Notes: generated from the sequence alone by a model not told the origin. Positions 7,478 through 19,646 are shown, counted from the stretch's first letter. The stretch: 43,273 bases of DNA from Candidatus Moraniibacteriota bacterium (GCA_026985555.1 JALSQF010000003.1:128605-171877); one strand, 5' to 3'. Numbers and translations are program-made.

Positions 7478-8035
7478 ATGTTAGGTATTTCAGAAATTAA
7501 GTCAGGAAAAAATATTGAACTTAATGGTCAGCCCTATAAAGTTCTTTCTCACGAACATTCAAAAATGGGAAGAGCAGGGGCTGTTTTAAGGACAAGATTA
7601 AAAAATTTAAAAACAGGAGCTGTTTTAGAAAAAACTTTTCAAGGAGCAGATAAAGTAAAAGAAGCTGATTTAGAAATTAATCGGGCACAATATCTTTACA
7701 AAGATAATAATGACTATATTTTTATGAATCAGGATAATTTTGAGCAATTTACGATTACTAGTCAAAATTTAGGTGATAGCGCTAATTATTTAATAGAAGG
7801 AACTGAAGTTAATATTTTAATTTATCAAGGAGAACCTATTAACATTGAATTACCGGTTAAAATGAAGTTTAAAGTGGTTGATGCGCCTCCAGGAATAAAA
7901 GGTGATACAGCTTCAGGTGGTAATAAATTAGTAACATTAGAAACCGGAATGAAAATTAGCGCCCCTCTTTTTATAAAAGTTAATGACACAGTGATAATTA
8001 ATACAGAAAAAGGAGAATATGTTTCTAGAGGTTAA
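7478..8035 (+). CDS. efp: Translation elongation factor P
   Basis: QYLY.D..YIFM..DNFEQ, PGIKGDTA, LETG..I..PLFI..INT..GEYVSR. Confidence 0.96.
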   Translation: MLGISEIKSGKNIELNGQPYKVLSHEHSKMGRAGAVLRTRLKNLKTGAVLEKTFQGADKVKEADLEINRAQYLYKDNNDYIFMNQDNFEQFTITSQNLGDSANYLIEGTEVNILIYQGEPINIELPVKMKFKVVDAPPGIKGDTASGGNKLVTLETGMKISAPLFIKVNDTVIINTEKGEYVSRG

Positions 8036-8072
8036 TTTTTTTTATTTTTCTATTTAATTATTTGAAAAAATT

Positions 8073-9299
8073 ATGGTAGATAGTTTACGTAAAAATAAAG
8101 GCCATAATTTAAAGAGTCAAAAAAAATTTAAAGATAAATATAACAATATATCAAAAGAAAAAAACAAAGGAAAGATAAATCAAGAAACACTTTTTATAGT
8201 CAATAAAATTTCTAAAAAACAAATATTTAAACGTTGGTTAAAACGTTTTTTTCTTTTCTGCTTCATTTTATTTTTTTCAATGTTAATGTTAGCAGGATTT
8301 TTATTATTTAGATTTTCTCAGACGAGCAAAAAGGTGATTATTGTAAAAAATAAGCAAAAGTTTTCACAGTCAGAAAATGTATTTGCTACAGCTAAATTAG
8401 CTTTTAATTTGTTGCAGATTAAAAATAAAAATTTTCAAAATATTGATTTAAAAGGTAAGGAAAGAGAACAAATTAATATTTTACTTTTAGGAATTGCAGG
8501 AAAAGGGAAAGCCGGTACTAATTTAACAGATACAATTATGTTAATGAGTTTAAATTTAAAAAAGAAAAAAATTGCTTTACTTTCTTTACCAAGAGATTTA
8601 TATTATCTTAATCACAACTCTCAAGAAGAAGAATTTTCTGGAGCCAAAATAAACTCCTTGTATCAAAGAGGAATCAATCAACATAAGGGAGCTCAATATA
8701 TCGTGAAAGCCGTGGAAAATGTTACAGGTTTGCCTGTTGATTATTACTTTATTTTAGATTTTGATGGTTTTAAAAAAATTATAGATGATATAGGTGGAAT
8801 AGATATTTATTCTGAAAGAGATTATTATGATACACGTTATCCTGGACCTAATTATAGTTATGAAACATTTCAACTGAAGAAAGGCTGGCATCATTTAAAT
8901 GGAGAAACAGCTTTGAAATATGCTAGAGAAAGACACAGTGATCCAGAGGGTGATTTTGGTAGAGCTAAAAGACAACAGCAAGTGATTCAAGCCGTAAGAG
9001 ATAAAATATTTTCACAAAATTGGTTGAATATTTTTAAAATGAATAAATTATTAGGAAATATAGAAAATAATTTGAAGACCAATGTTGATTTAGATGATAT
9101 AGATGATTTTGTTTTTTTAGCTTATAATTTAGATACAAAAAATATTATCAATAAAGCAGTAGATGCTTGGAAACAGGATAGTTTGTTAAGAGTAGATCAT
9201 TTGAATATGAATGGAATAAGAGCTTTTATTTTAGTTCCTAAAAAAGGTTACGCTGATTATTCAGATATTCATCAATTAACTAAAAATTTGTTTCAATAA
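8073..9299 (+). CDS. LytR-CpsA-Psr (LCP) family protein
   Basis: N-terminal TM; NILLLG, TDTIML, SLPRD, KINSLY, GETALKYARER, DFGRAKRQQ. Confidence 0.93.
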   Translation: MVDSLRKNKGHNLKSQKKFKDKYNNISKEKNKGKINQETLFIVNKISKKQIFKRWLKRFFLFCFILFFSMLMLAGFLLFRFSQTSKKVIIVKNKQKFSQSENVFATAKLAFNLLQIKNKNFQNIDLKGKEREQINILLLGIAGKGKAGTNLTDTIMLMSLNLKKKKIALLSLPRDLYYLNHNSQEEEFSGAKINSLYQRGINQHKGAQYIVKAVENVTGLPVDYYFILDFDGFKKIIDDIGGIDIYSERDYYDTRYPGPNYSYETFQLKKGWHHLNGETALKYARERHSDPEGDFGRAKRQQQVIQAVRDKIFSQNWLNIFKMNKLLGNIENNLKTNVDLDDIDDFVFLAYNLDTKNIINKAVDAWKQDSLLRVDHLNMNGIRAFILVPKKGYADYSDIHQLTKNLFQ

Positions 9300-9322
9300 T
9301 TAAAAATTTAAATTATATTAAT

Positions 9323-10156
9323 ATGTCTTATGTTTTCTATCAAGGCAAAGTTAGACCTTTGCGACAAATTAAAATTAATCCTTACGATTTAGGATTTTTA
9401 AGAGGCTATGCTGTTTTTGATGTAATGAAAGTAGTTAATCAAAAACCTTTTTTAATCAAAGAACATTGGAAGCGTTTAAAAAATTCAGCTCAACAACTCA
9501 ATATGAAAATGCCATTAAATTGTCAAGAATACAGAGCTAATGTTAAGCAACTTTTAAAATATAATAAATTTTCTTCCGCTATTTTAAGGACGGTTTTAAG
9601 TGGTGGTTTTTCTCAAGATGGATTTACTTATGAAGGTGATACAAATTTTTTAATTTTTTTAGAAAATGCTGAACCATTATTTCCTTCTCATAAAGTTTAT
9701 ACTCAGGGATCTAAAATTATTAGTGTTCATTATAAAAGGGAGATACCTACAGCTAAGGTAACTAATTATCTAGAAGCTTTGCGTTATCAAAAAGAAAAAA
9801 AGAAAAATAAAGCTTTGGAAATAGTTTTTTTCTGGGAAAATTTGGTTTTAGAAGCTTCTACCTCTAATATTTTTATTGTAAAAAAGAGTACAATTATTAC
9901 TCCACGAGAAAATATTTTATTGGGAATTACTAGAAACTTAGTAATTAAATTAGCGCAAAAAAATAAGTTTCTTGTAAAAGAAAGAGATATTAAAATTAAA
10001 GAATTATTTCAAGCTGACGAAGTTTTTTTGACAGCTTCTAATAAAAATATAGTTCCTGTGGTAAAAGTGGATAATAAATTGATTAAAAACGGAAAAGTTG
10101 GAAGAGTAACTCAGAAATTAATGGACATAATGCAAGATTATTTAAAAAAATATTAG
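9323..10156 (+). CDS. PLP-dependent aminotransferase class IV (D-amino-acid/branched-chain/PabC family)
   Basis: DLGFLRGYAVFD, HWKRL, AKVTNY (catalytic Lys), EASTSNIF, LLGITR, ADEVFLT. Confidence 0.92.
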   Translation: MSYVFYQGKVRPLRQIKINPYDLGFLRGYAVFDVMKVVNQKPFLIKEHWKRLKNSAQQLNMKMPLNCQEYRANVKQLLKYNKFSSAILRTVLSGGFSQDGFTYEGDTNFLIFLENAEPLFPSHKVYTQGSKIISVHYKREIPTAKVTNYLEALRYQKEKKKNKALEIVFFWENLVLEASTSNIFIVKKSTIITPRENILLGITRNLVIKLAQKNKFLVKERDIKIKELFQADEVFLTASNKNIVPVVKVDNKLIKNGKVGRVTQKLMDIMQDYLKKY

Positions 10157-10169
10157 AAATAAGGAGTGT

Positions 10170-10197
10170 TTGACTTATCTTATTTTTAAGTTAAACT
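10170..10197 (+). promoter_or_regulatory. Probable pnp promoter
   Basis: TTGACT, 16 bp, TAAACT. Confidence 0.5.
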
Positions 10198-10224
10198 AAA
10201 GATAATTAGTGTAATTTATAATAA

Positions 10225-10318
10225 TAATTATTATAAGAATCTAGCAGACACGCTATTTTAATTAAGCATAAGTATTTGATTAAAATAAAGTGTTTAGTAG
10301 ATGTTCTTATAATAATTA
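10225..10318 (+). promoter_or_regulatory. Long imperfect stem-loop in pnp 5' UTR
   Basis: TAATTATTATAAGAA pairs with TTCTTATAATAATTA; inner TCTA/TAGA, AGACAC/GTGTTT and TATTTTAATTA/TGATTAAAATA. Confidence 0.75.
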
Positions 10319-10326
10319 AAATTTTT

Positions 10327-12450
10327 ATGTTAGAAGAAAAAAAATGGACTCTTCAGTTAGGAGGAAGGGAATTAATAGTAAAGTCAGGATTATTTGCAGA
10401 GCAAGCTAATGGATCAGTTAGAGTGCGTTATGGAGAAACAGAGGTTTTAGCTACAGCGGTAATGAGCGAAAAACCTTCAGCGAATTTAGGATACTTTCCT
10501 TTAATGGTTGATTATGAAGAACGTTATTATGCGGCGGGAAAAATAAAGGGATCTCGTTTTATCAAAAGAGAAGGTCGTCCTTCAGACGAGGCTATTTTAG
10601 CGGGACGAGCGGTGGATAGATCTATCCGTCCACTTTTTAATTCTAGAATGCGTCAAGATGTGCAAGTAATTATCACTGTTCTTTCTTATGATGGCGAAAA
10701 TGATCCTGATTTTATTTCTATAATAGCTGCTTCTTTAGCTTTAACTATTTCTGATATACCTTGGAATGGTCCCATTGGAGCAGTAAAAATAGGAAAATTA
10801 AATGGTGAGTTTATTTTAAATCCTTTAGTTGAAGAAAAGGAAGAGGGAAGTTTAGATCTAACCGTAGCTGGAACTAGAGATAAAATTAATATGATAGAGG
10901 CAGGCTTAAAAGAAACTCCAGAAGAAGAGATTTTAGCCGCTTTAGAATTAGCGCAAAAAAACATTAGTAAGATAGTAGATTTTATTAATGAAATAAAAAA
11001 AGAAATAGGTAAAGAAAAAAGAGAAGTTTTTCTTTTGCAAGCGGAAAAAGAAATAGAAGAAAAAATAAAGGATATTTTAAATAAAACAGAATTAGAAAAA
11101 ATTATTTTTTCTCAGGAGGAAAAACATGTTAAGGATGAGAAATTAAATCAGTTACAGGATAAAGCTAAGAAATATTTAGAAGAAAATTATACAGGAGAAA
11201 AATTAGAAGAATTGCTTCAAATAGTAACTATTCTTTTTGATGAAATGGCTGATGAAATAGTTCATAAAAATATTTTAGAAAAAGAATTACGCCTAGATAA
11301 ACGCAAATTAAATGAATTGCGTCTTATTAGTAGCCAAGTTAGAGTTTTATCACGAACACATGGTTCAGGATTATTTAATAGAGGAAAAACGCAAGTACTG
11401 ACTGTTACTACTTTGGGTGCTCCAGGTGATGAACAAATAATTGATACAATGGAAACGGATTCTAAAAAACGTTATATTCATCATTATAATTTTCCTCCTT
11501 ATTCTGTGGGAGAAGTGAGATTTATGCGAGGTCCAGGAAGAAGAGAAATCGGGCACGGAGCTTTAGCAGAGAAAGCTTTGTTACCAGTTTTACCAGATAA
11601 AGAAGAATTTCCTTATACTATGTTGTTAGTATCAGAGGTGCTTTCTTCCAATGGTTCTTCTTCTATGGCTTCTACGTGTGGTTCCACTTTATCATTGATG
11701 GATGCAGGTGTGCCAATTAAACGTCCAGTAAGTGGAATTGCTATGGGAGTAATTATTGATGAAAAACAGAAAGATAATTATAAAATATTAACTGATATTC
11801 AAGGAATGGAAGATCATTACGGAGATATGGATTTTAAAGTGGCGGGAACAGAAAAAGGAGTTACAGCTTTGCAAATGGATGTTAAGGTGGAAGGAGTAAG
11901 TATAGATATTTTAAGGCAAGCTTTAAAACAAGCGCGAAAAGCGCGGATGGAAATTTTAGAAGTAATGTTAAAAACCATTGACAAACCTCGTTCTGAATTA
12001 TCTCAATATGCTCCACGAATAATTCATATGAAAATAAATCCAAATAGAATTAGGGATGTAATTGGCTCTGGAGGAAAGGTAATTAATGAAATTATAGATG
12101 AAACAGGAGTAGCTATTGATATAGAAGATGACGGTTCTATCTTTATTACTTCTAGTGATGAGGTTAGCGCGCAAAAAGCTAAAGAATGGATAGAAAATCT
12201 TACTAGAGAAATAAAGGTGGGAGAAGTTTTTAAAGCGCGAATAACCAAAATTATGAATTTTGGGGCTTTTGCGGAAATTTTACCAGGACAAGAAGGGTTA
12301 ATTCATATTTCAGAATTAACTGATCACAGAGTAAATAAGGTGGAAGATGTAGTTAAGGTAGGAGATATTGTTCCAGTTAAAGTTAAAGAAATAGATAGTC
12401 AAGGACGTATTAATTTAAGTAGAAAAGAATTACTGAAAACACAAAAATAA
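10327..12450 (+). CDS. pnp: Polyribonucleotide nucleotidyltransferase (ATG 10327 preferred over TTG 10276)
   Basis: FPLMVDYEE, HHYNFPPYSVGE, RREIGHGALA, SNGSSSMAS, GDMDFKVAG, KH and S1 domains. Confidence 0.98.
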   Translation: MLEEKKWTLQLGGRELIVKSGLFAEQANGSVRVRYGETEVLATAVMSEKPSANLGYFPLMVDYEERYYAAGKIKGSRFIKREGRPSDEAILAGRAVDRSIRPLFNSRMRQDVQVIITVLSYDGENDPDFISIIAASLALTISDIPWNGPIGAVKIGKLNGEFILNPLVEEKEEGSLDLTVAGTRDKINMIEAGLKETPEEEILAALELAQKNISKIVDFINEIKKEIGKEKREVFLLQAEKEIEEKIKDILNKTELEKIIFSQEEKHVKDEKLNQLQDKAKKYLEENYTGEKLEELLQIVTILFDEMADEIVHKNILEKELRLDKRKLNELRLISSQVRVLSRTHGSGLFNRGKTQVLTVTTLGAPGDEQIIDTMETDSKKRYIHHYNFPPYSVGEVRFMRGPGRREIGHGALAEKALLPVLPDKEEFPYTMLLVSEVLSSNGSSSMASTCGSTLSLMDAGVPIKRPVSGIAMGVIIDEKQKDNYKILTDIQGMEDHYGDMDFKVAGTEKGVTALQMDVKVEGVSIDILRQALKQARKARMEILEVMLKTIDKPRSELSQYAPRIIHMKINPNRIRDVIGSGGKVINEIIDETGVAIDIEDDGSIFITSSDEVSAQKAKEWIENLTREIKVGEVFKARITKIMNFGAFAEILPGQEGLIHISELTDHRVNKVEDVVKVGDIVPVKVKEIDSQGRINLSRKELLKTQK

Positions 12451-12473
12451 TTTAATTATTAAAAATAAAATTT

Positions 12474-12890
12474 ATGATTAAAAAAATAACATCAAAAGGA
12501 AGTGTTTTAGTTTTTTCTTTAATTATTATGTTTCTTATTCTTTCGGTAGTTTTAGGAATTACTAAAGTAGTAGTTACTCAACAACAAACCTCTTCTGTTA
12601 CTAGTAAATCAACTCAAGCTATTCAGATAGCCAATAGTGGATTAGAGAAAGTATTAAATAAGAAAAAAGATACTACTAATACTCAAATACAAGACTTAGC
12701 TGATAAACCTAATGATTGTGAAAATGGAATTATATCTTATAGTTTATTAGGAGGACAAGTGACTATATCTTTTTTTAATAATAATAATTCTATTAATAAT
12801 TGTTCTGGTTCTGTTAGTAATATTAAAAAAATAAAGTCAGTGGGTGAAATTAATGGAATCAAGCGCGCTATACAAGTTACTGTTGAATAA
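12474..12890 (+). CDS. PilX-like type IV minor pilin/pseudopilin
   Basis: Class III signal KG|SVLVFSLII with no Glu at +5; S.QA.QIA.SG.E motif; C-terminal IKSVG...IKRAIQV. Confidence 0.75.
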   Translation: MIKKITSKGSVLVFSLIIMFLILSVVLGITKVVVTQQQTSSVTSKSTQAIQIANSGLEKVLNKKKDTTNTQIQDLADKPNDCENGIISYSLLGGQVTISFFNNNNSINNCSGSVSNIKKIKSVGEINGIKRAIQVTVE

Positions 12891-12954
12891 AATAGTTTAG
12901 TTTAAAAATTGAGAAATATTTTAAAAATAAATTAGTTAGTAGATTAATTTTTAG

Positions 12955-15144
<2,190 letters not shown>

Positions 15145-15153
15145 ATAAATTAT

Positions 15154-15182
15154 TTGCTAAAGATGTAAAGATAGTTTATAAT
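15154..15182 (+). promoter_or_regulatory. Probable promoter
   Basis: TTGCTA, 17 bp, TATAAT. Confidence 0.55.
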
Positions 15183-15214
15183 AAATTCAAATTTAAAGCA
15201 TTAGTAAAAAATAC

Positions 15215-16699
15215 ATGTGGAGCTTGATTAAAAAAAATAAAAAAAATAAAAAAGAAAGTAGCAGTAAATCGCGTTTATCTAAAGAGGATTATCAAGACTT
15301 GTTATCCCGTGTGCATACGATGCAAGATGATATAAATAGTGTTGTTAGAAAAAAAACGAGTAAGATATATTATAGTGAAAATGGACAAAAGGATAAAAAC
15401 AAAGAATATGATAAAAAACAGGATTTGCCCATTACAGAATCAAATAGTCCTTTTCTAAATGATGTTGAAAATGACGAAACTACCTTTGATAATTTGGATA
15501 AAAAAATAAAGCAAGTAGAAGAAAATAGAAAAGGGCAGAAGAAAACAGAAAATCAATCTCAAGATCAATCTCAGCTTGATATAAAAAATAACACGAAAGA
15601 ACAAATAGAAGAAAAGACTGAAAATACTTATTTGGATAAGTCTAATAAATATTTTGAAAATGAAGAAATAACAGATGATAAAAATTTTACTCAATTGAGT
15701 GAAAAGGACGAATATAATCAAAAAAAATCAGAAAGAGATAAGCAACAAGAAAATAACAATTTATCTTTTGAAAATCCTTATGCTGATATGTGGAAAAAAG
15801 ATGATAATTTACAAAAATCAGCGATTAATCAAGGAGTTACACAAGAAACTAAAAATGAAATTTCTGAATCTAAAAAAAATAATTATTTCTCTTCTCAAGA
15901 TAAGAATAAAATTAAAAAGTCATTTTCTGATATTGCTCCCGCTCCCGAACCAAAAAATCAAAAGAGTTATTCTTTAAAAACAGGCATTGTAGTAGCTATG
16001 CTTGGCATTATTTTAGTAACCTTAGGTTGGGGAGGATATTATTATTGGAAAAAAAATTATTCTTTGCCAGATTATATAAAAGACTATGATACGAAAGCAG
16101 ACAAAAAACAAATAGAAAATAAAAAAGAATTAGAATATTCTTTAACGGGTCCTAATTATTTTTTATTGGATACAGAAACAACTAATAAGGAAAGCATACG
16201 ACAAGAATTAATAAAAATAAGTCAAAAAATAAATCAAACTGATTATAATAATAAATTAGTTAAGTTTATTGTTACAGATAAAAACAATAATCCCTTAGCA
16301 TTTTCTCGCTTCGCTTATTTATTTAAGCTTAATTTAAACAACAATCTAACCAATCTTTTAGATGAAAAATTTTATTTTTGTTTCTTTAATGATAATGGCA
16401 AGGTTCACTCTGGTTTAATAATTAAAATTAAGAAAGATCAAAAGAATAATTTAAATTCAATGTTATTCAAAGATCAAAACAATTTAGTAAAACAGCTTTC
16501 CCCATTATTTTTAAACAAAAAAATAGATTTTAATAAAAAATATGTTTTTAAAGAAAGTTCTTACAAAGATCTAAAAATTCATTATGTTAATATAGATAAT
16601 CAAGATGGTTCATCCATAGACTATACCTTTACTGATAAATATTTTCTTTTAGGCACGAGTAAAAATACATTAAGAAGTATTATAGATAACTTAGAATAA
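15215..16699 (+). CDS. Single-pass membrane protein with long low-complexity N-terminus and globular C-terminus
   Basis: VHTMQDD near N-terminus, K/E/N/Q-rich linker, TM GIVVAMLGIILVTLGWGGYYYW. Confidence 0.75.
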   Translation: MWSLIKKNKKNKKESSSKSRLSKEDYQDLLSRVHTMQDDINSVVRKKTSKIYYSENGQKDKNKEYDKKQDLPITESNSPFLNDVENDETTFDNLDKKIKQVEENRKGQKKTENQSQDQSQLDIKNNTKEQIEEKTENTYLDKSNKYFENEEITDDKNFTQLSEKDEYNQKKSERDKQQENNNLSFENPYADMWKKDDNLQKSAINQGVTQETKNEISESKKNNYFSSQDKNKIKKSFSDIAPAPEPKNQKSYSLKTGIVVAMLGIILVTLGWGGYYYWKKNYSLPDYIKDYDTKADKKQIENKKELEYSLTGPNYFLLDTETTNKESIRQELIKISQKINQTDYNNKLVKFIVTDKNNNPLAFSRFAYLFKLNLNNNLTNLLDEKFYFCFFNDNGKVHSGLIIKIKKDQKNNLNSMLFKDQNNLVKQLSPLFLNKKIDFNKKYVFKESSYKDLKIHYVNIDNQDGSSIDYTFTDKYFLLGTSKNTLRSIIDNLE

Positions 16700-16704
16700 A
16701 ATAT

Positions 16705-16733
16705 TTTACAATTTTTTTAAAATACCTTATAAT
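16705..16733 (+). promoter_or_regulatory. Probable promoter of second surface cluster
   Basis: TTTACA, 17 bp, TATAAT. Confidence 0.55.
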
Positions 16734-16768
16734 AAAATTAAGTTAAAATAACTAACAAAAATAAAATT

Positions 16769-17539
16769 ATGGAGAAAGAAAATAAAAACAAAATTCTTTA
16801 TTTAGTTTTAGCTATCGTTGTTATTATTGGTTTAGTTATTCTTCTAATGATTATGTTTAACAGAAAGACAACTACCAAATCAATATCAAAACCAGCTAAG
16901 GTTACTAAGAATGTTAAGGAAATTAAGAAAGAAGTTAAGGAGGTTAAAGAAGAAATTGATGATAAAGAACCTCGTTTGGAAATTAAAAGTAATAATAATG
17001 AATTTCATGCTGGAAATAGTGGATATTTTAAATTAATTTATACTAACGAAAAAGGAAAAGAAAAAGATGTAACTCAAGAATCTGAGTGGGCGTCTAATAA
17101 TTCAAAAATATTTTCAATTTATAATTTTCCTAAAAATAAAAAAGGTTTTTTCATTCCTCAGCAGATAGGTAAAGCAGAAATTTATGCTGAATATAATGGA
17201 ATATATACTACTTTTCCAGTAGAAGTAAAACCAACTTTATTAGAATTAGGTTGTGATGTTATTCCTATAACACGAGATTTAAACAAAGTAGAAACAAAAT
17301 CAAAAGATGTTATTACAGCTAGAGTTGGTGAGGAGCTTGAATTTATCTTTACTTATATGCAATCAGGAACTCCTTATTATACTTATGAAGCATTTGGTGA
17401 TGATGGCTTGAAAAGTAATCAGCCAATTTTTAGTTTTATTTATAAGAAACCTGGTATTAAACATGTTTATCTAAAAACTACAGATTTTACTGGTCAGACA
17501 GCAGAAGCTGATTGTCCAATAATTAAAGTGGTTCAGTAA
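16769..17539 (+). CDS. Membrane-anchored protein with Big_2-like Ig domain and PKD-like C-terminal domain
   Basis: N-terminal TM; KDVTQESEWASNN..GKAEIYAEYNG; YKKPG.KHVYLKTTD..GQT. Confidence 0.7.
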   Translation: MEKENKNKILYLVLAIVVIIGLVILLMIMFNRKTTTKSISKPAKVTKNVKEIKKEVKEVKEEIDDKEPRLEIKSNNNEFHAGNSGYFKLIYTNEKGKEKDVTQESEWASNNSKIFSIYNFPKNKKGFFIPQQIGKAEIYAEYNGIYTTFPVEVKPTLLELGCDVIPITRDLNKVETKSKDVITARVGEELEFIFTYMQSGTPYYTYEAFGDDGLKSNQPIFSFIYKKPGIKHVYLKTTDFTGQTAEADCPIIKVVQ

Positions 17540-17570
17540 TAATTTTATTAATTATTTATTTTTTAAAAAA

Positions 17571-19592
17571 ATGATCAATAAAAAAAGAATATTAATTTTT
17601 GACTTTTGGAAACTGTTAGCTTTATTGTTAATAATTTATACATATTTTGGAGGTGTACAATTAAAAGCTGAAGCCAGGGTTTATTTTACGGAGGGTTCGA
17701 TATCTCCTCAGTGTGGTTCTTGTGATCATCCTAATTATGATTATTTTAAAGAAGTTCATTTTGATTCTCCGTTTCAAGGGCAAATTTTTTATCCTGGTAG
17801 TCCTATACACATCAAAGGTTATATAAAAACAAATGAAAAAGCATCTTATCGTTGCAAAGTAGGGGGTAAGTGGACTTGGGGTAAAGTAACTGGTGCTTTA
17901 TTTAATATGATTTTAGGAAAAGATATAAATGGTGTTAGTAATAATGTTTCCTGTACTACCATATGGGCAACTAAGTGTACCTCTGGTTCTTATCCTCATA
18001 TAGGTATTATAAAAAGAAATGATTATGTTTTAAATTCAGGAGGAGGTAATATTCAACATGTCGGTAACGAAGAATCACATAAAAGTTCCAATGGTCGTAT
18101 ATATTTTGATAAAACTTTTACTATTCCTGTAGATTGGGCTAATAATGATAATAATTCAGAAAAAACAGATTATTTACGAATTTATCCCGTATTTTCAACT
18201 TGTAACAGTCAAGATATTGGAGTAAATATAGGTAGTTTTTATTTACCAATCAATATTAGGCCTAACAAAATTAACGGACAATGTGCTATAGGACATTATT
18301 ATTGTTTAAAAGGAAACTCTATCAATCATCATTACAATTCTTCTTCTAGTACTTATACTTGGCAATGTCAAGGAGTTAATGGAGGAACTACAGCTAGATG
18401 TGTTCAGAGATTAGCTATTAATGGTCGATGCGCCCTTATACATAATCAATGTAATAGGGGTGCTTCACGAGATATTCCTGATACATCAACCCAATGGAGA
18501 TGGCAATGTGTAGGAACAAATGGAGGTTCTAATATTACTTGTTCCGAAGATAAACCAACTTTATCTTTCACTGCTAATCCTAATCCAGTTAATTATAATA
18601 CAGCTTCTAATCTAAGATGGACAACTAGTCATGTGCAAAGTTGTTATGCTTCAGGAGCTTGGCGTGGTTGGAAAAGTAACACCGGAGGAAGCCAATCTAC
18701 AGGTCCTTTAACTTCTAGTAAAACATATTCTTTAGAATGTTGGAATTCTCAAGGAAATAGCACGGGAAGAAAAACGGTTACGGTTAATGTTAATAGAGTC
18801 AATGGTCAATGTGCTTCTAGACATAATCAATGTAATAGGGGTGCTTCTCAAGATATTCCTGATACATCAACTCAATGGAAATGGCAATGTTTAGGAACAA
18901 ATGGAGGTTCTAATATTACTTGTTCCGAAGATAAACCAACTTTATTTTTCACTGCTAATCCTAGTTCAGTTGATTATGGTAAAACTTCTAATTTAAGCTG
19001 GACGACTAGTCATGTGCAAAGTTGTTATGCTTCAGGAGATTGGCGTGGTTGGAAAAGTAACACCGGAGGAAGCCAATCTACAGATTCTTTAACTTCTAGT
19101 AAAACATATTCTTTAGAATGTTGGAATTCTCAAGGAGATAGCACGGGAAGAAAAACGGTTACGGTTAATGTTAATGCAGTCAATGGTGAGTGTAATAATG
19201 AGGATGCAAAAACTTATGATTGTCATGCTACAAGTTTTACCAAAGGAATATTTTGTAATAAAGGAACTCCAAACCCAACTAAACCAATCTTTCCTAATAA
19301 AGGAACTTCTACTACTTGGCAATGCTTAGGATTAAATGGAGGTAATAATGATACTTGTACAGCTTCTGTGCAAGCAATAACTAGTGGTAAATGTGGTTCA
19401 GCTAACGGACAAAGTTTTTATACTAGACCAACTTCAAATTTGTGTAATAATGGTACGCCTTCCACTTTAAATTATAATAGTAACACTTCTAAATGGACAT
19501 GGACATGTTCTGGCAATTGCAAAACTTCCGTTAACTGTTCAGCTAACAAAAAAGAACAAAAAACTGAAGACTGGACAGAAGTAGCCCCTTAA
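17571..19592 (+). CDS. Secreted Cys-rich repeat protein (adhesin-like); ends EDWTEVAP
   Basis: Signal peptide ending AEA; repeated NGxC...W.WQC.G.NGG...C modules alternating with P.L.FTANP..V.Y...S.L.W.....SC Ig-like modules. Confidence 0.8.
   Translation: MINKKRILIFDFWKLLALLLIIYTYFGGVQLKAEARVYFTEGSISPQCGSCDHPNYDYFKEVHFDSPFQGQIFYPGSPIHIKGYIKTNEKASYRCKVGGKWTWGKVTGALFNMILGKDINGVSNNVSCTTIWATKCTSGSYPHIGIIKRNDYVLNSGGGNIQHVGNEESHKSSNGRIYFDKTFTIPVDWANNDNNSEKTDYLRIYPVFSTCNSQDIGVNIGSFYLPINIRPNKINGQCAIGHYYCLKGNSINHHYNSSSSTYTWQCQGVNGGTTARCVQRLAINGRCALIHNQCNRGASRDIPDTSTQWRWQCVGTNGGSNITCSEDKPTLSFTANPNPVNYNTASNLRWTTSHVQSCYASGAWRGWKSNTGGSQSTGPLTSSKTYSLECWNSQGNSTGRKTVTVNVNRVNGQCASRHNQCNRGASQDIPDTSTQWKWQCLGTNGGSNITCSEDKPTLFFTANPSSVDYGKTSNLSWTTSHVQSCYASGDWRGWKSNTGGSQSTDSLTSSKTYSLECWNSQGDSTGRKTVTVNVNAVNGECNNEDAKTYDCHATSFTKGIFCNKGTPNPTKPIFPNKGTSTTWQCLGLNGGNNDTCTASVQAITSGKCGSANGQSFYTRPTSNLCNNGTPSTLNYNSNTSKWTWTCSGNCKTSVNCSANKKEQKTEDWTEVAP
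18420..19181 (+). repeat. Intragenic tandem duplication, 2 x 381 bp (127 aa)
   Basis: AATGGT recurs at 18420, 18801 and 19182 with near-identical units between. Confidence 0.92.
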
Positions 19593-19610
19593 AAAACTTT
19601 AAATTTAAGC

Positions 19611-19646
19611 AAAAAACCTGATTTAATTAAAAAATCAGGTTTTTTT
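19611..19646 (+). terminator. Rho-independent terminator
   Basis: AAAAAACCTGATTT, loop, AAATCAGGTTTTTT. Confidence 0.85.

Noticed and set aside
18420-19181. Diversity-generating retroelement TR/VR pair
   Set aside because: Both copies are in-frame tandem domains, differences are not adenine-specific, and no reverse transcriptase is present.
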